Shown piece by piece: positions 1 to 9,476 of a DNA stretch of 64,000 bases. This DNA comes from Gammaproteobacteria bacterium. Lineage in GTDB: Bacteria; Pseudomonadota; Gammaproteobacteria; Eutrophobiales; Eutrophobiaceae. Made by a program: the position numbers and the translations under genes. The notes beneath the pieces were generated by a model, which was not told the origin of the DNA, did no database searches, and saw only the letters and a list, made by a program, of their open reading frames with translations. Each line of letters starts with the position of its first letter. The stretch's first letter is position 1. The stretch is from contig CBDCTH010000012.1 of NCBI GenBank assembly GCA_965222155.1, positions 3,072,001 through 3,136,000 on the forward strand, given 5' to 3'.

Positions 1-31
1 TGCTGTCAGGTCGAATCAAAACTTCTACAAA

Positions 32-1054
32 TCATCCCACTTCATAAATTGCCTCAATATCTCGAATCATCAACTCCATTTGTACTGATTCTTTTTTGTG
101 GTCATTGAGTGATTCGACAGCTTTCCGGGCAATTTCAACCGATTTGCTCTCTTTATCTATCCCGATGTATTGTCTTTCTTCACTCAGGGCAGCAACCGCG
201 GTGGTTCCGCTACCGATAAAACAATCAAGCACACAATCACCCGGATCAGTAAAAAGCTTAATCGCCCTTCTTGGCAACTCGACCGGGAATTTTGAATCAT
301 GATCAGAATTACTACGAACCGATGAAATCTCCCAGACCCCCCTGGAACCCCAGTTAATCCATTCCTGTTTAGTCAGTCTTGCTCGATCTACTTTGGTAAT
401 CCCTGGTTTCCAGAAAATGTAGATATATTCGGATTCATCCACTGAGCGATAAGATATCGTATGCCATCTCGAGTTCTCCCAGGCTGCATCTTTGATCCAG
501 ATGCGACGATCATACAAGTAAAAACCAGCCTCCAGAGCTGCTTCTTCAATATAACCTCCGACCAGGCAGACTCTTGTCTGAGACTGATATTTGCCTCCCC
601 TTATATTATTGCCATTAAGTCTCCTGTCAATAGTTTGCTCACTGCAATTAAAGTGTTCAGCCAACCTGTATCTATTCCAATCCGGATGTTTTTCCTTGAC
701 CTTTACTATTTCTTCCCTGGATAGATTCACCTTCCTTCTGGACACATTATCTGCCATTATCTTTGGCATTGATTCATCTTTGAAACATAAAATGTCGGCT
801 ATGTTGATTATCAGGAATCCACCCGGTTTTATAATTGGAAAATGGGAAAGGATGACTTCCCGTAATAATGCTTTCCACTCATCAAAAGTCAAATCCTTCT
901 CATAATTTTTTCCGACATAGTAAGGCGGCGACCAAACACTGAGAGCAATGGAATTCGTTTCAATTCCTTTGAGCAGTACCCTGCTGTCACCGTAATAAAT
1001 GTTATTGGGTTCCAGTTTTTTTGAAATATCTATGATCGCCATGACCCCGTACAC
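32..1054 (-). CDS. Site-specific DNA methyltransferase (N4C/N6A, beta class), partner of SfiI-like REase
   Basis: SPPY catalytic motif N-terminal, DCFIGSGTT SAM-binding motif C-terminal; overlaps the REase stop; internal HTH-like segment. Confidence 0.92.
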   Translation of the reverse strand: MYGVMAIIDISKKLEPNNIYYGDSRVLLKGIETNSIALSVWSPPYYVGKNYEKDLTFDEWKALLREVILSHFPIIKPGGFLIINIADILCFKDESMPKIMADNVSRRKVNLSREEIVKVKEKHPDWNRYRLAEHFNCSEQTIDRRLNGNNIRGGKYQSQTRVCLVGGYIEEAALEAGFYLYDRRIWIKDAAWENSRWHTISYRSVDESEYIYIFWKPGITKVDRARLTKQEWINWGSRGVWEISSVRSNSDHDSKFPVELPRRAIKLFTDPGDCVLDCFIGSGTTAVAALSEERQYIGIDKESKSVEIARKAVESLNDHKKESVQMELMIRDIEAIYEVG

Positions 1055-1731
1055 TCCTTATTTGATTCATGATAAGTCAGCGTTTGAACACGCCATGCTG
1101 CTTTGGATTTTAACTTGCTGAAACTGACCCTTACCCTGAAATCTTCACCCAATGTGGGGGCATTCCTTCCCGCCAACCAAATACTATTATCAGCGCTGGG
1201 GTTATACCTGTCCTGCAGCCGACCGTTGGGTATAGCTGCAATGGTAACATCGCGCAAATGGTGCATACCATTGTCATCATCTTCATACTTAAAATGCACA
1301 AGACATGTTGTGGTTAAGTATTTGTTTCCGCCATACTCGGAAATTTTGGGGAGAGAGCCCTGTTCATTTACTTCTGTTCCAGCCCGCAGTTGTTTTATGC
1401 ACATTGAGGTCTGTGACATTTGTATTGTAGCGGAACGTCCTTCTTTTTCCGCCTTTGAATCAATGAATAGCGCTTGTCTGACTGTTTGCTCAGGCAAGAT
1501 AATGTATCTTGCTTTTTTATAATCTACCGTGCCATAAATTCTTTGTTGAACGTTGAAACCGGAAAGTCTGTCAAGTAACTCCCGTGTGACATCCTCTGCA
1601 ATGTCTTTCACGCTATCCGGAGATTTAAGAAAAATCTCATGAGCTTCCATGCCAAAATCAAGTACTGCCTGAAATACCCATCGCAAGGTAAGTTTTTCAA
1701 TCTCTTCGATTTCCTGCAGTGAAATATCCAT
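1030..1731 (-). CDS. SfiI-family type II restriction endonuclease
   Basis: Motifs recalled from SfiI: EKLTLR..QA, AEDVT, G.VDYKKARY, IDSKA, RYNP, GRNAPTLGEDFRVRVSF, WRVQ; adjacent MTase; AT-richer than flanks. Confidence 0.85.
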   Translation of the reverse strand: MDISLQEIEEIEKLTLRWVFQAVLDFGMEAHEIFLKSPDSVKDIAEDVTRELLDRLSGFNVQQRIYGTVDYKKARYIILPEQTVRQALFIDSKAEKEGRSATIQMSQTSMCIKQLRAGTEVNEQGSLPKISEYGGNKYLTTTCLVHFKYEDDDNGMHHLRDVTIAAIPNGRLQDRYNPSADNSIWLAGRNAPTLGEDFRVRVSFSKLKSKAAWRVQTLTYHESNKECTGSWRS

Positions 1732-1811
1732 GGGGGTTTCCCTCCCTTAAAAATAGAGTATTGCTTTCGCACATTATACACAATTCATTCATTGACTATC
1801 ACGCGAGATCC

Positions 1812-1845
1812 CCCTAATCCCGCACTTTCCAGTGCGGGATTAGGG
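1812..1845. repeat. Perfect 15-bp inverted repeat hairpin upstream of the R-M operon
   Basis: CCCTAATCCCGCACT-ttcc-AGTGCGGGATTAGGG. Confidence 0.85.
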
Positions 1846-1966
1846 TATGACCCATCACAGTAGATCCTGTTGAATCCGGTTGCGCCGACCATATTGTGGT
1901 ATATATTGAATTTCTGGTATTGTGGGTGCCGGAACCATAACAACTCCAATTCCCATATTGAAAAAT

Positions 1967-2129
1967 GAAGTCGCTGCGCGTCTGCATCAGGAAGGCTGGT
2001 AGACATGGAAGTCTCGCTTATGTTCAGTGAGTTAGGAATTCAGGTATTGCCGTTTGATGCCGATGCCACATTGTTGAGGAGTCGCTTCCGTACAGCCACA
2101 CAAAAATCGGGACTGGGTTTGGGAGAACA
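1967..2129 (+). pseudogene. VapC/PIN toxin internal fragment (frameshifted, truncated)
   Basis: EVAARLHQEGW / DMEVSLMFSELGIQVLPFDADATLLRSRFRTATQKSGLGLGE resembles the PIN 'V.PFD...GLSLGDRACLA' region; ends at the MFS start. Confidence 0.55.
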
Positions 2130-3335
2130 ATGCGCCAATCACAATTTGTTTTGTTGATGCTGGTCGGCGGCACGATCATCGCCGTCAGCATGGGTATCCG
2201 CCAATCGTTCGGCGTGTTCCTGCAACCGGTGGTCACCGACCTGGAGCTTACCCGGACCGCGTTCGGGCTGACCATTGCCATCCAGAATCTTATCTGGGGG
2301 CTGGCACAGCCGTTTGCCGGGATGCTGGCGGATAAATACGGCAGCTTCCGGATGTTGATCCTCTCCAGCCTGCTGTACATTGCCGGGTTGGTCCTGACCG
2401 CGCATACGTCATCTGCTACCGGCCTGCACCTCAGCCTGGGGGTGATGGTAGGACTGGCGATGAGCGGGACCACGTTTACGGTAGTGTTGAGCGCGGTGGG
2501 TCGGCTGGTGGCGCCGGAGAAAAGGAGTCTGGCATTCGGCATCGTCTCCGCCGGAGGGTCCATCGGCATGTTTTCCTTTGTGCCGCTCAGCCAGTTTTTC
2601 ATCGGCCTGCATGGCTGGAGCGTGGCCTTACTGATCCTGGCGGGATGTGTGACGATAGTGCCGTTGCTGTCACTGGTGTTACAGCGCCAGACGAAGGAGG
2701 ACACTGTTCGGCCGCCCCTGCCCGGAGAAACCTTATCCCAGGCTTTGAAGAACGCCCGCGCGCATTCCGGTTACTGGTTGTTGAATTCCGGATTTCTCGT
2801 ATGCGGTTTCCATGTGGCCTTTATCGCAACACACCTGCCGGCGTTTCTGAATGATCATGCGTTTTCCCCCATGCTCGCAGCATTTGCGCTTGGCCTGATC
2901 GGTTTTTTTAATATCGTCGGCACCTACCTGGCCGGCCTGTACGGAGGGCGCTACCGAAAAAAATATTTATTGAGCGGCTTGTACCTGGGTCGTGCGCTGG
3001 TGATTGCTCTGTTTATCATGCTGCCCTTGAGCGAAGTGACCCTGATGCTGTTTGCCGCGGCGATGGGTCTGTTATGGTTGGGAACCATACCGTTAACAAG
3101 CGGCCTGGTTGTCGAGATATTCGGTGTCCGTTATGCAGGAACGTTATTCGGCATCGTGTTCTTCAGCCACCAGATAGGCAGTTTCCTGGGTGCCTGGCTG
3201 GGCGGTTATTTCTTCGAGACCACCGGATCCTACACCCTGATGTGGCAACTGGCCGTGTTGCTGGGCATCATATCCGCCCTGCTGCACTGGCCCATACGGG
3301 ACGAGCCGGTCGTTGTCCAGGCAACGCCGGCATGA
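2130..3335 (+). CDS. MFS transporter
   Basis: About 12 hydrophobic segments; GMLADKYGSFR motif A. Confidence 0.92.
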   Translation: MRQSQFVLLMLVGGTIIAVSMGIRQSFGVFLQPVVTDLELTRTAFGLTIAIQNLIWGLAQPFAGMLADKYGSFRMLILSSLLYIAGLVLTAHTSSATGLHLSLGVMVGLAMSGTTFTVVLSAVGRLVAPEKRSLAFGIVSAGGSIGMFSFVPLSQFFIGLHGWSVALLILAGCVTIVPLLSLVLQRQTKEDTVRPPLPGETLSQALKNARAHSGYWLLNSGFLVCGFHVAFIATHLPAFLNDHAFSPMLAAFALGLIGFFNIVGTYLAGLYGGRYRKKYLLSGLYLGRALVIALFIMLPLSEVTLMLFAAAMGLLWLGTIPLTSGLVVEIFGVRYAGTLFGIVFFSHQIGSFLGAWLGGYFFETTGSYTLMWQLAVLLGIISALLHWPIRDEPVVVQATPA

Positions 3336-3345
3336 CGCTAATATT

Positions 3346-3969
3346 TCAGCGCCGCCGCTCTTCCCCGATCAGGTGGTCCATGGCCTCCAGCATCTCCTCA
3401 AATGAGCCGGCCGAGGATGCGGAGATCAAGTACTTGCCGTTCACGATAAGGGAAGGGACGCCGGTGATCCTGGCGTCTCGGGCCATTAAAAATGCCTGTT
3501 TCATCTTGACTTCTGTTTCGTTGGAATCGTAGTGCCTGGCAAACTCATCCTTGTCAAGGCCCACTTCTGCGGCGAAATCGATCAGGCGGTCACGAGTGAA
3601 AACATCGCGGCGTTTTACATGCAGCGCGTTGAACAGGGGAGTGTGAAATTGTTCCAGTGCGCCCATTTTCTCAGCCGCGAAATAGCCCTTGGCATGAACC
3701 GCCCAGCGACTGTTCAACACCCCGGGCAACTGGCGAAATAGCACGTCTTCCGGTTTGGTCTTAAGCCATGCCTTGATGTGCGGCTCAAAGCTGAAGCAAT
3801 GGGAGCAGCCGTACCAGAAGATTTCAACTACTTCGATCTTATCGCCCGACTGTGTGGGCAGGACGGGCTTGATTCGCGTATAGGAAGAATCGGAGGATTG
3901 CGCCTGTAGCGGACCCATGATAAGCCCTGACAGGAAAATGCATGAAATGAGTAATCGTTTTATGTGCAT
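3346..3969 (-). CDS. dsbA: Thiol:disulfide interchange protein DsbA
   Basis: Signal peptide, EIFWYGCSHC (CxxC), GVPSLIVNGKY. Confidence 0.92.
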   Translation of the reverse strand: MHIKRLLISCIFLSGLIMGPLQAQSSDSSYTRIKPVLPTQSGDKIEVVEIFWYGCSHCFSFEPHIKAWLKTKPEDVLFRQLPGVLNSRWAVHAKGYFAAEKMGALEQFHTPLFNALHVKRRDVFTRDRLIDFAAEVGLDKDEFARHYDSNETEVKMKQAFLMARDARITGVPSLIVNGKYLISASSAGSFEEMLEAMDHLIGEERRR

Positions 3970-5153
3970 TATAACTCACCATAGGAATGTAAACCGGACA
4001 GAAACATATTGACACCCAGGAACGCAAACAGGGTCACAAACAGGCCTACTATCGCCCAGGCGGCCATCGCAGTACCATGCCAGTTCCTGCTGATGCGCAT
4101 GTGCAACCAGGCCGCATAATTCAACCAGACGATCAATGCCCAGGTTTCTTTCGGATCCCATGACCAGTATCCGCCCCAGGCCTCGGCTGCCCATAATGAA
4201 CCCAGAATGGTTGCCACGGTGAAAAAGGCAAAACCCAGGGCGATTGCCTTGTACATCATATCGTCTATCTCCGCTCGTGCCGGCAGGCGCGCGGACACTC
4301 TGCGCGGGTGCGGGTTTGAGTCATCACCCTTGACCAGGTAAGCCAGGCCCAGCATGGCAGCGATGCTGAAGCAGCTATAGCCTATGAAATTGGCCGGCAC
4401 GTGGATCTTCATCCAGTAACTCTGCAGTGCAGGCACCAACGGCTGGATTTCATGGGCGCCCCGGTCGAATGTGTACCACAACAGGAAGCCGACGGCGGCG
4501 CTGATTACCAGCAGGACGAACCCGCCCAGGGCCCGGGTCCGGTAACGCTTTTCGTAATGCAGGTAAATGATAGCGGTGGTTACGCAGAACAGAATGAATA
4601 CCTCATACAGGTTGCTGACCGGAATATGGCCTATTTCCGGACTGATCAGGTAGGACTCATACCAGCGCACCAGCAAGCCGGTCAAACCCATGCCTGCGCC
4701 GGTCCAGGTTAAGCCTGTGCCGACGGCAGCGGAAAATGCCGAGCCAGTGAACAAAGAGAAAAAATAGCTCAGGGTCGCCAGTACAAAGAGAAAACTCATC
4801 CACATTATAGCCGTCTGGCTGGCCAGGAAATACTGCAACAGGAAGCGCTCTTCGGCCTGCCCCAGGGCGGCGCCATAAAGCTGGATGGAGAGCAAAGCCA
4901 GCGCGGCGACGATAAGCAGCAGGCGCCGGAATTCAGCCCAGACTGTACCGACATATCCCATGACCAGAGTGAGACAGGAAAATATGATCCATTCATATCC
5001 ATTCAGGTATTGCCGGTAGTTGGCGTAGACGAATCCGAAACCGCACAGGAGCAGCGCTCCCCACAGGTAATCGACCCGCCCCAACGAGTGCCGGCTGCCA
5101 GTAAAGCCGGCTTCGTCTGCCAGGGTTTCAGATACCATCACATTAGTGCGCAT
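3969..5153 (-). CDS. ccsB: System II c-type cytochrome biogenesis protein CcsB/ResC (WWD domain)
   Basis: WAAEAWGGYWSWDPKETW WWD motif; C-terminal GLHSYG. Confidence 0.93.
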   Translation of the reverse strand: MRTNVMVSETLADEAGFTGSRHSLGRVDYLWGALLLCGFGFVYANYRQYLNGYEWIIFSCLTLVMGYVGTVWAEFRRLLLIVAALALLSIQLYGAALGQAEERFLLQYFLASQTAIMWMSFLFVLATLSYFFSLFTGSAFSAAVGTGLTWTGAGMGLTGLLVRWYESYLISPEIGHIPVSNLYEVFILFCVTTAIIYLHYEKRYRTRALGGFVLLVISAAVGFLLWYTFDRGAHEIQPLVPALQSYWMKIHVPANFIGYSCFSIAAMLGLAYLVKGDDSNPHPRRVSARLPARAEIDDMMYKAIALGFAFFTVATILGSLWAAEAWGGYWSWDPKETWALIVWLNYAAWLHMRISRNWHGTAMAAWAIVGLFVTLFAFLGVNMFLSGLHSYGEL

Positions 5154-5179
5154 AGGTTATATGACGAATGCAGGTTGAG

Positions 5180-7156
5180 TTAGTTCAGCGGAAACAGTTG
5201 GTCTATTGTACGTGAAATCCGCATAAAGTAACGACTGAAATCGCGCGCATGGCGCGTTCGCATACCGGCCAACAATACATCGGTTCCTGTTTCCCCGGGT
5301 TTTATAATCGCCCACAAACGCTGGTGGGGCACATAAAATAATAAAAATACGCCTGCTATCAGCAGGCTGAAACCCAGGTATACCCATTTGGCGCCCGGTG
5401 CGCGGGTAATTTGCAGCCCCGACGCTTCGACGTGCTCGAAACCGGTCAGTTGCAGGTAGTAAGGGGAGCCATACTGGTGCAGGGCCGACAGGGTGACGAT
5501 GGCGTCGTTCAGAAACCGGATATCGCCTTCAGTTATTTCCGCAACATTCATGCCGGCATCGGCCAGTGCGGCTATATAGGCCTGCTCCAGGCCGTAGCGC
5601 AGGATTTTCATTGACGCGCTGTTCATAGTGCGGACGGTTTCCTCATCCATGGCGGGATCGACCTGTTGTTGCAGCAACGGGAAACCGCCGTCAAGGAACA
5701 GGCGGATCAGCCTCAATGTCACGTTGCTCACATCCTGTTCCGATATTTTTACGTCAATGGTGCTTCCGGAGAGCAGGGCTGTATGGTCGGCGGCATAGAT
5801 ACGCCTGAGTTTCTCATCTTCATGCAACAGGGACAGCAACGCAAAAAAACGGCCGGCTGTACCGTCATCGTCAACGGGTATATGCAGGTAGCGAAATTCC
5901 TCCTCCAGTGAGGAGCGCACGCCGCTCAGCAGGAACTCCCGTCCTTCCACGGTGATGGGATACATGTAGTTGAGGTATTCTTTTGCCCGGCCGTCCGTGA
6001 GGCGCATCTTGAAATTCACACTCGGTCCAAAATCACGAAACTTTTTGTCTATAGCCGGATCCTCGTTGGCAAAGATATTGAACTTACGAAATTCTTCCAT
6101 TTCCAGCCGATAAGATACGTCGTCATGTTCCAGGGCCAGGGACTGGTCGACAGTTGCCGAATAATCATGAGTAGCCGGTGAGGTCAGGTCATGCAGCTTG
6201 AAATCCAGTTTCGACCCACCGTCACCAAAGCTGGCCTGGTAGATGGTATAACCCTTGTACTTGAGTGGATGATTGACCGCAATAGTTTTTTCGGTGCGCC
6301 GTTCGCCCTCCTGGATAATGAGGTCGCTTTCAAAGGACTTGGGCTGGCCGCTGGAGTAATGTTCCACCCGGAAGTCCTCAAGCAATATAATGAAGGGCAG
6401 GGGTTGTACCAGATAACCGGCCCCCAGGTTGATGAACGCCGTCCCCACGGCGCGACCCTCGGGTATGGAAACACTGGCGCGGAACGAGGAGTTAGACAGC
6501 GGCAGCTTGCTCTTGTCCGGTATCTGGCTGACAGGCAGGTCCCTGGTCTCTGCCTGCAGCAATCCCTGCAAGGACCTGATTTTCAGGGGAACGTTGCTGT
6601 CGAGAAATCCGCCAATACAGATAATTACTACCGCGCAGTGCGTGAACAGGTAACCGAAACGATTACTCGCGCCTTTCAGTCCTGCGAGCGTGGTTGTTTC
6701 GCCCTGCCGTTTTTTCCGGGTCTTGAATCCCAGTCCCCTGAAACAGGTCGCCAACTTAGTAACCGCTTCGTCGTGTGCGAGTATGGTATGGTGTCGGCTG
6801 TGGTCTGCCAGGTTGAGCAGCTGCTGTTCTCGCATGTCCTCACGGTATTGCTTCAGGCTGGCGAGAATTCTGGGCGTGTTGCGGTAAAGGCAAATACTGG
6901 TTGAAGTCACCAGGAAGGCCAGGATCAGGATGAACCAGCCACTCGAATAGATATCATACAGGCCCAACTGTTCGAATATACCGTGCCAGAACGGGCCGAA
7001 TTTGACAATGTAATTCTGGTAAGGCTCATTTTGTTTCAGTATGGTACCGATGACGGAAGCCAGCGCCAGAGCCACGAACAAGGTCACGGCCAGGTTCATC
7101 GAACCGAGGAACCTGAGAGCCTGGCCGGTATTGTGCCTGATGAGATTAGGCGCCAC
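5180..7156 (-). CDS. resB: Cytochrome c biogenesis protein ResB
   Basis: LGSMNLAV..LASVIGT, Y.S.WF, VNHPLKYKGYTIYQASF, SGLQITRAPG. Confidence 0.92.
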   Translation of the reverse strand: MAPNLIRHNTGQALRFLGSMNLAVTLFVALALASVIGTILKQNEPYQNYIVKFGPFWHGIFEQLGLYDIYSSGWFILILAFLVTSTSICLYRNTPRILASLKQYREDMREQQLLNLADHSRHHTILAHDEAVTKLATCFRGLGFKTRKKRQGETTTLAGLKGASNRFGYLFTHCAVVIICIGGFLDSNVPLKIRSLQGLLQAETRDLPVSQIPDKSKLPLSNSSFRASVSIPEGRAVGTAFINLGAGYLVQPLPFIILLEDFRVEHYSSGQPKSFESDLIIQEGERRTEKTIAVNHPLKYKGYTIYQASFGDGGSKLDFKLHDLTSPATHDYSATVDQSLALEHDDVSYRLEMEEFRKFNIFANEDPAIDKKFRDFGPSVNFKMRLTDGRAKEYLNYMYPITVEGREFLLSGVRSSLEEEFRYLHIPVDDDGTAGRFFALLSLLHEDEKLRRIYAADHTALLSGSTIDVKISEQDVSNVTLRLIRLFLDGGFPLLQQQVDPAMDEETVRTMNSASMKILRYGLEQAYIAALADAGMNVAEITEGDIRFLNDAIVTLSALHQYGSPYYLQLTGFEHVEASGLQITRAPGAKWVYLGFSLLIAGVFLLFYVPHQRLWAIIKPGETGTDVLLAGMRTRHARDFSRYFMRISRTIDQLFPLN

Positions 7157-7278
7157 TGCCCGCAGGGAGAGTCGTTACGCCGGCGTCAGGGGTCCGGGAT
7201 TACACTCCACCGGGAATACCTGCGCCCTTTCTGCGAGTTTGAATTTCATGCGCTGCCTTAATATTTGATTCCCTGGTG

Positions 7279-7881
7279 TTAATGCAGTCCCTGGAGGTAA
7301 TCAGCTACGGCCTTGATGTTGTCGTTGGTCATCCTGCCGGCGATATCGCGCATGATGCCGTTGAGATCATTGGTTCGTTCCTCGGCCTTGAAAGCCTTGA
7401 GTTGCAGTTCGGTATAGGCTGCATGCTGTGCGTTGATCCTCGGGTAGTTCGCCGCAGGATTGCCTATGCCGGTAGGACCGTGGCAGGCCATACACGCCGC
7501 CAGACCCTTGGACGCGTCGCCGGCGCGATACAGGCGCTCGCCTGTGACCAGATTCTCCGGTCGCGTCTGTCCTGTCCTGGGCTCCTGGGCGGCGTAATAA
7601 ACCGCGAGATCGGCAATATCCTGATCACTCAGAACCATGGCCAGGGGCGCCATCTGGTCGTTTTTCCTGTGTCCGGCACGAAAATCAAGTAATTGTCTTT
7701 TGATATACTCGGCATGTTGGCCGGCCAGATTGGGCCATGACGGGTTGCTGCTGTTGCCGTCAGCACCGTGACAGACGACACAGGTTGTCGCTTTCTGCTT
7801 ACCCGCCTCGATATTTCCCGCTGCCGTCAGGGCCAGGGGGAGCAACATCAGGACCAGACCGCTGATTAGTTTATTTAACAT
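7279..7881 (-). CDS. Cytochrome c4 (diheme c553-like)
   Basis: Two CxxCH motifs (CVVCH, CMACH); PNLAGQHAEY. Confidence 0.93.
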   Translation of the reverse strand: MLNKLISGLVLMLLPLALTAAGNIEAGKQKATTCVVCHGADGNSSNPSWPNLAGQHAEYIKRQLLDFRAGHRKNDQMAPLAMVLSDQDIADLAVYYAAQEPRTGQTRPENLVTGERLYRAGDASKGLAACMACHGPTGIGNPAANYPRINAQHAAYTELQLKAFKAEERTNDLNGIMRDIAGRMTNDNIKAVADYLQGLH

Positions 7882-7988
7882 CCGGAGTTACCTTGATAAA
7901 ACGAATTATATTTTTGCGAATGACGCTATCTTACAGAATAATTGGAAAAAAATGGATAGCCTGAGAGATATTATTTTTGCCGCGACCC

Positions 7989-8576
7989 ATGAACGACAAG
8001 CGATATCATAAAGCCGTTTACCTTTACAGCGCCCACCAGTTGACGCAGTTGCCGGACGATACGGGGAAGGAAATCGTCTTTGCTGGACGCTCCAACGCCG
8101 GGAAATCGAGTGTAATCAACGCGCTCGCGCGGCAAAAAAGCCTTGCCCATACAAGCAGGGCGCCGGGCCGGACCCGGCAGATCAATTTTTTCGACGTAGG
8201 CGCGGATATGCGTCTCGTGGATTTGCCCGGTTACGGCTATGCCAGGGCGCCGGACTCACTGAGGCAACACTGGGGACAACTCATCAATGCCTACCTGGAG
8301 CGGCGCCGGTGTCTGGCCGGCCTGGTCTTGATAGTCGATATCAGGCGTTGCCTTACCGAGCTCGACCGGCAAATGTTGGACTGGTGTGAAAATAAAGCCT
8401 TGCCGGTACACGTTCTGCTGAATAAGGCTGACAAGCTTTCCCGTAGCGCCGCCGGGCAATCTTTGATTACAGTTGAGAATAGCCTCAAGGAGAACGCCGG
8501 TGTCCAACTGTTCTCGGCCACAAAAAAGCACGGCCTGGAAGAATTGTACAGGGTGCTTGATATGTGGTTGGAATAA
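7989..8576 (+). CDS. engB: Ribosome biogenesis GTPase YihA/EngB
   Basis: GRSNAGKSS, DLPGYG, NKAD; ATG 7989 preferred over TTG 7977. Confidence 0.95.
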   Translation: MNDKRYHKAVYLYSAHQLTQLPDDTGKEIVFAGRSNAGKSSVINALARQKSLAHTSRAPGRTRQINFFDVGADMRLVDLPGYGYARAPDSLRQHWGQLINAYLERRRCLAGLVLIVDIRRCLTELDRQMLDWCENKALPVHVLLNKADKLSRSAAGQSLITVENSLKENAGVQLFSATKKHGLEELYRVLDMWLE

Positions 8577-8595
8577 AGCGTTGTTGATGGTAAAT

Positions 8596-8709
8596 CGAAA
8601 AAGGTCGGCCCCGGAGTCGTGAGGGGGGAAGTCCACCGGGGCCGGATTACCCGGCTGGGGATCGCCGGGGTTCGTTTATCATCTGATAACAAGGAATATT
8701 CACCCTGTG
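8596..8709 (-). ncRNA. Candidate sigmaE-dependent sRNA, ErsA/Spot42-like
   Basis: Downstream of a GAACTT-N16-TCTTA promoter; two hairpins; C-rich loop ACTTCCCCCCTC; GC stem followed by a U run; convergent with yihA. Confidence 0.6.
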
Positions 8710-8714
8710 TCAAT

Positions 8715-8742
8715 TAAGACCCACAGGGTTTAAAAAAGTTCC
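8715..8742 (-). promoter_or_regulatory. sigmaE/AlgU-type promoter
   Basis: Minus strand GGAACTT (8736-8742), 16-nt spacer, TCTTA (8715-8719). Confidence 0.7.
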
Positions 8743-8945
8743 GGTTCGCTGTTGTAACGGAATTTTTATGCACAGATCAAGGGTTTCCCGGGGGTTTTAG
8801 CGACTAATCGCAGACAAGTATCAACGGGGAACGCCATACAAATTCTAACTATTTGAAATATATAAGGTTTATTAAATTGTTTAAATTTTAACAAATTTGT
8901 CATAAATCCAGTATTTTTCCGTACTTTAAGGCGTGCTCTCCCACT

Positions 8946-8980
8946 GTATCCACAAAGTTATCCACAAAAAATGTGGATAA
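8946..8980. promoter_or_regulatory. Three-DnaA-box cluster (DARS-like core)
   Basis: GTATCCACA-aag-TTATCCACA-aaaaa-TGTGGATAA; extra box TTATGCACA at 8766-8774; IHF-like site at 8846-8858. Confidence 0.75.
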
Positions 8981-9132
8981 CAAATTATCTTCAATTATGA
9001 CAAGCAGTTATGTTTTTAAAACTAGAATCTATATCAAAGATGCATCCTAACTTGGAAAGCAAAAAATCAGCAACGTGGTCTTGAATAACAGCAGTCGGCA
9101 AGCAGCTCGACAGCAACCCTTGACCCTCGGAA

Positions 9133-9333
9133 TCACATGCTGTACTTGCGCCGGAATTTATCCACCCGTCCGGCGGTATCCAATATCTTCTGTTTGCCCG
9201 AATAAAAAGGATGGCACAGGGAACACACTTCTATGTGCAAATTTCCCTTATGGGTTGACTGAGTGGTGAAGGTATTGCCACAACTGCAAGTAACCTCGAT
9301 TTCATTGTATTTTGGATGAATGTCGGCTTTCAT
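9133..9333 (-). CDS. rpmE: 50S ribosomal protein L31 (Zn-binding type A)
   Basis: [34 protein letters not shown]. Confidence 0.97.
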   Translation of the reverse strand: MKADIHPKYNEIEVTCSCGNTFTTQSTHKGNLHIEVCSLCHPFYSGKQKILDTAGRVDKFRRKYSM

Positions 9334-9417
9334 CGTTTACCCCTGTTTCGTTTCCGGGCGCAGATTGTAGTGGAAACTGCTGGTTTATTCAACTTTGTTT
9401 TGCCACAGTGTTGTTTT

Positions 9418-9476
9418 GCCACAGAGGACACAGAGATCACAGAGTCCGGGTTTGGGAGCTTTGTGTCCTCTGTGGC
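9418..9476. repeat. Palindromic element GCCACAGAGGACACAGAG...CTTTGTGTCCTCTGTGGC at the xth stop
   Basis: 18-bp near-perfect inverted repeat with an internal ACAGAG 9-bp repeat; possible terminator. Confidence 0.7.

Noticed and set aside
1785-2006. 73-aa ORF as the R-M controller protein
   Set aside because: No HTH features; it crosses the palindrome and is antisense to the vapC fragment.
8760-9070. oriC
   Set aside because: Only four DnaA boxes and no dnaA, rpmH or gidA context; the geometry fits a DARS core better. Not fully excluded without GC-skew.
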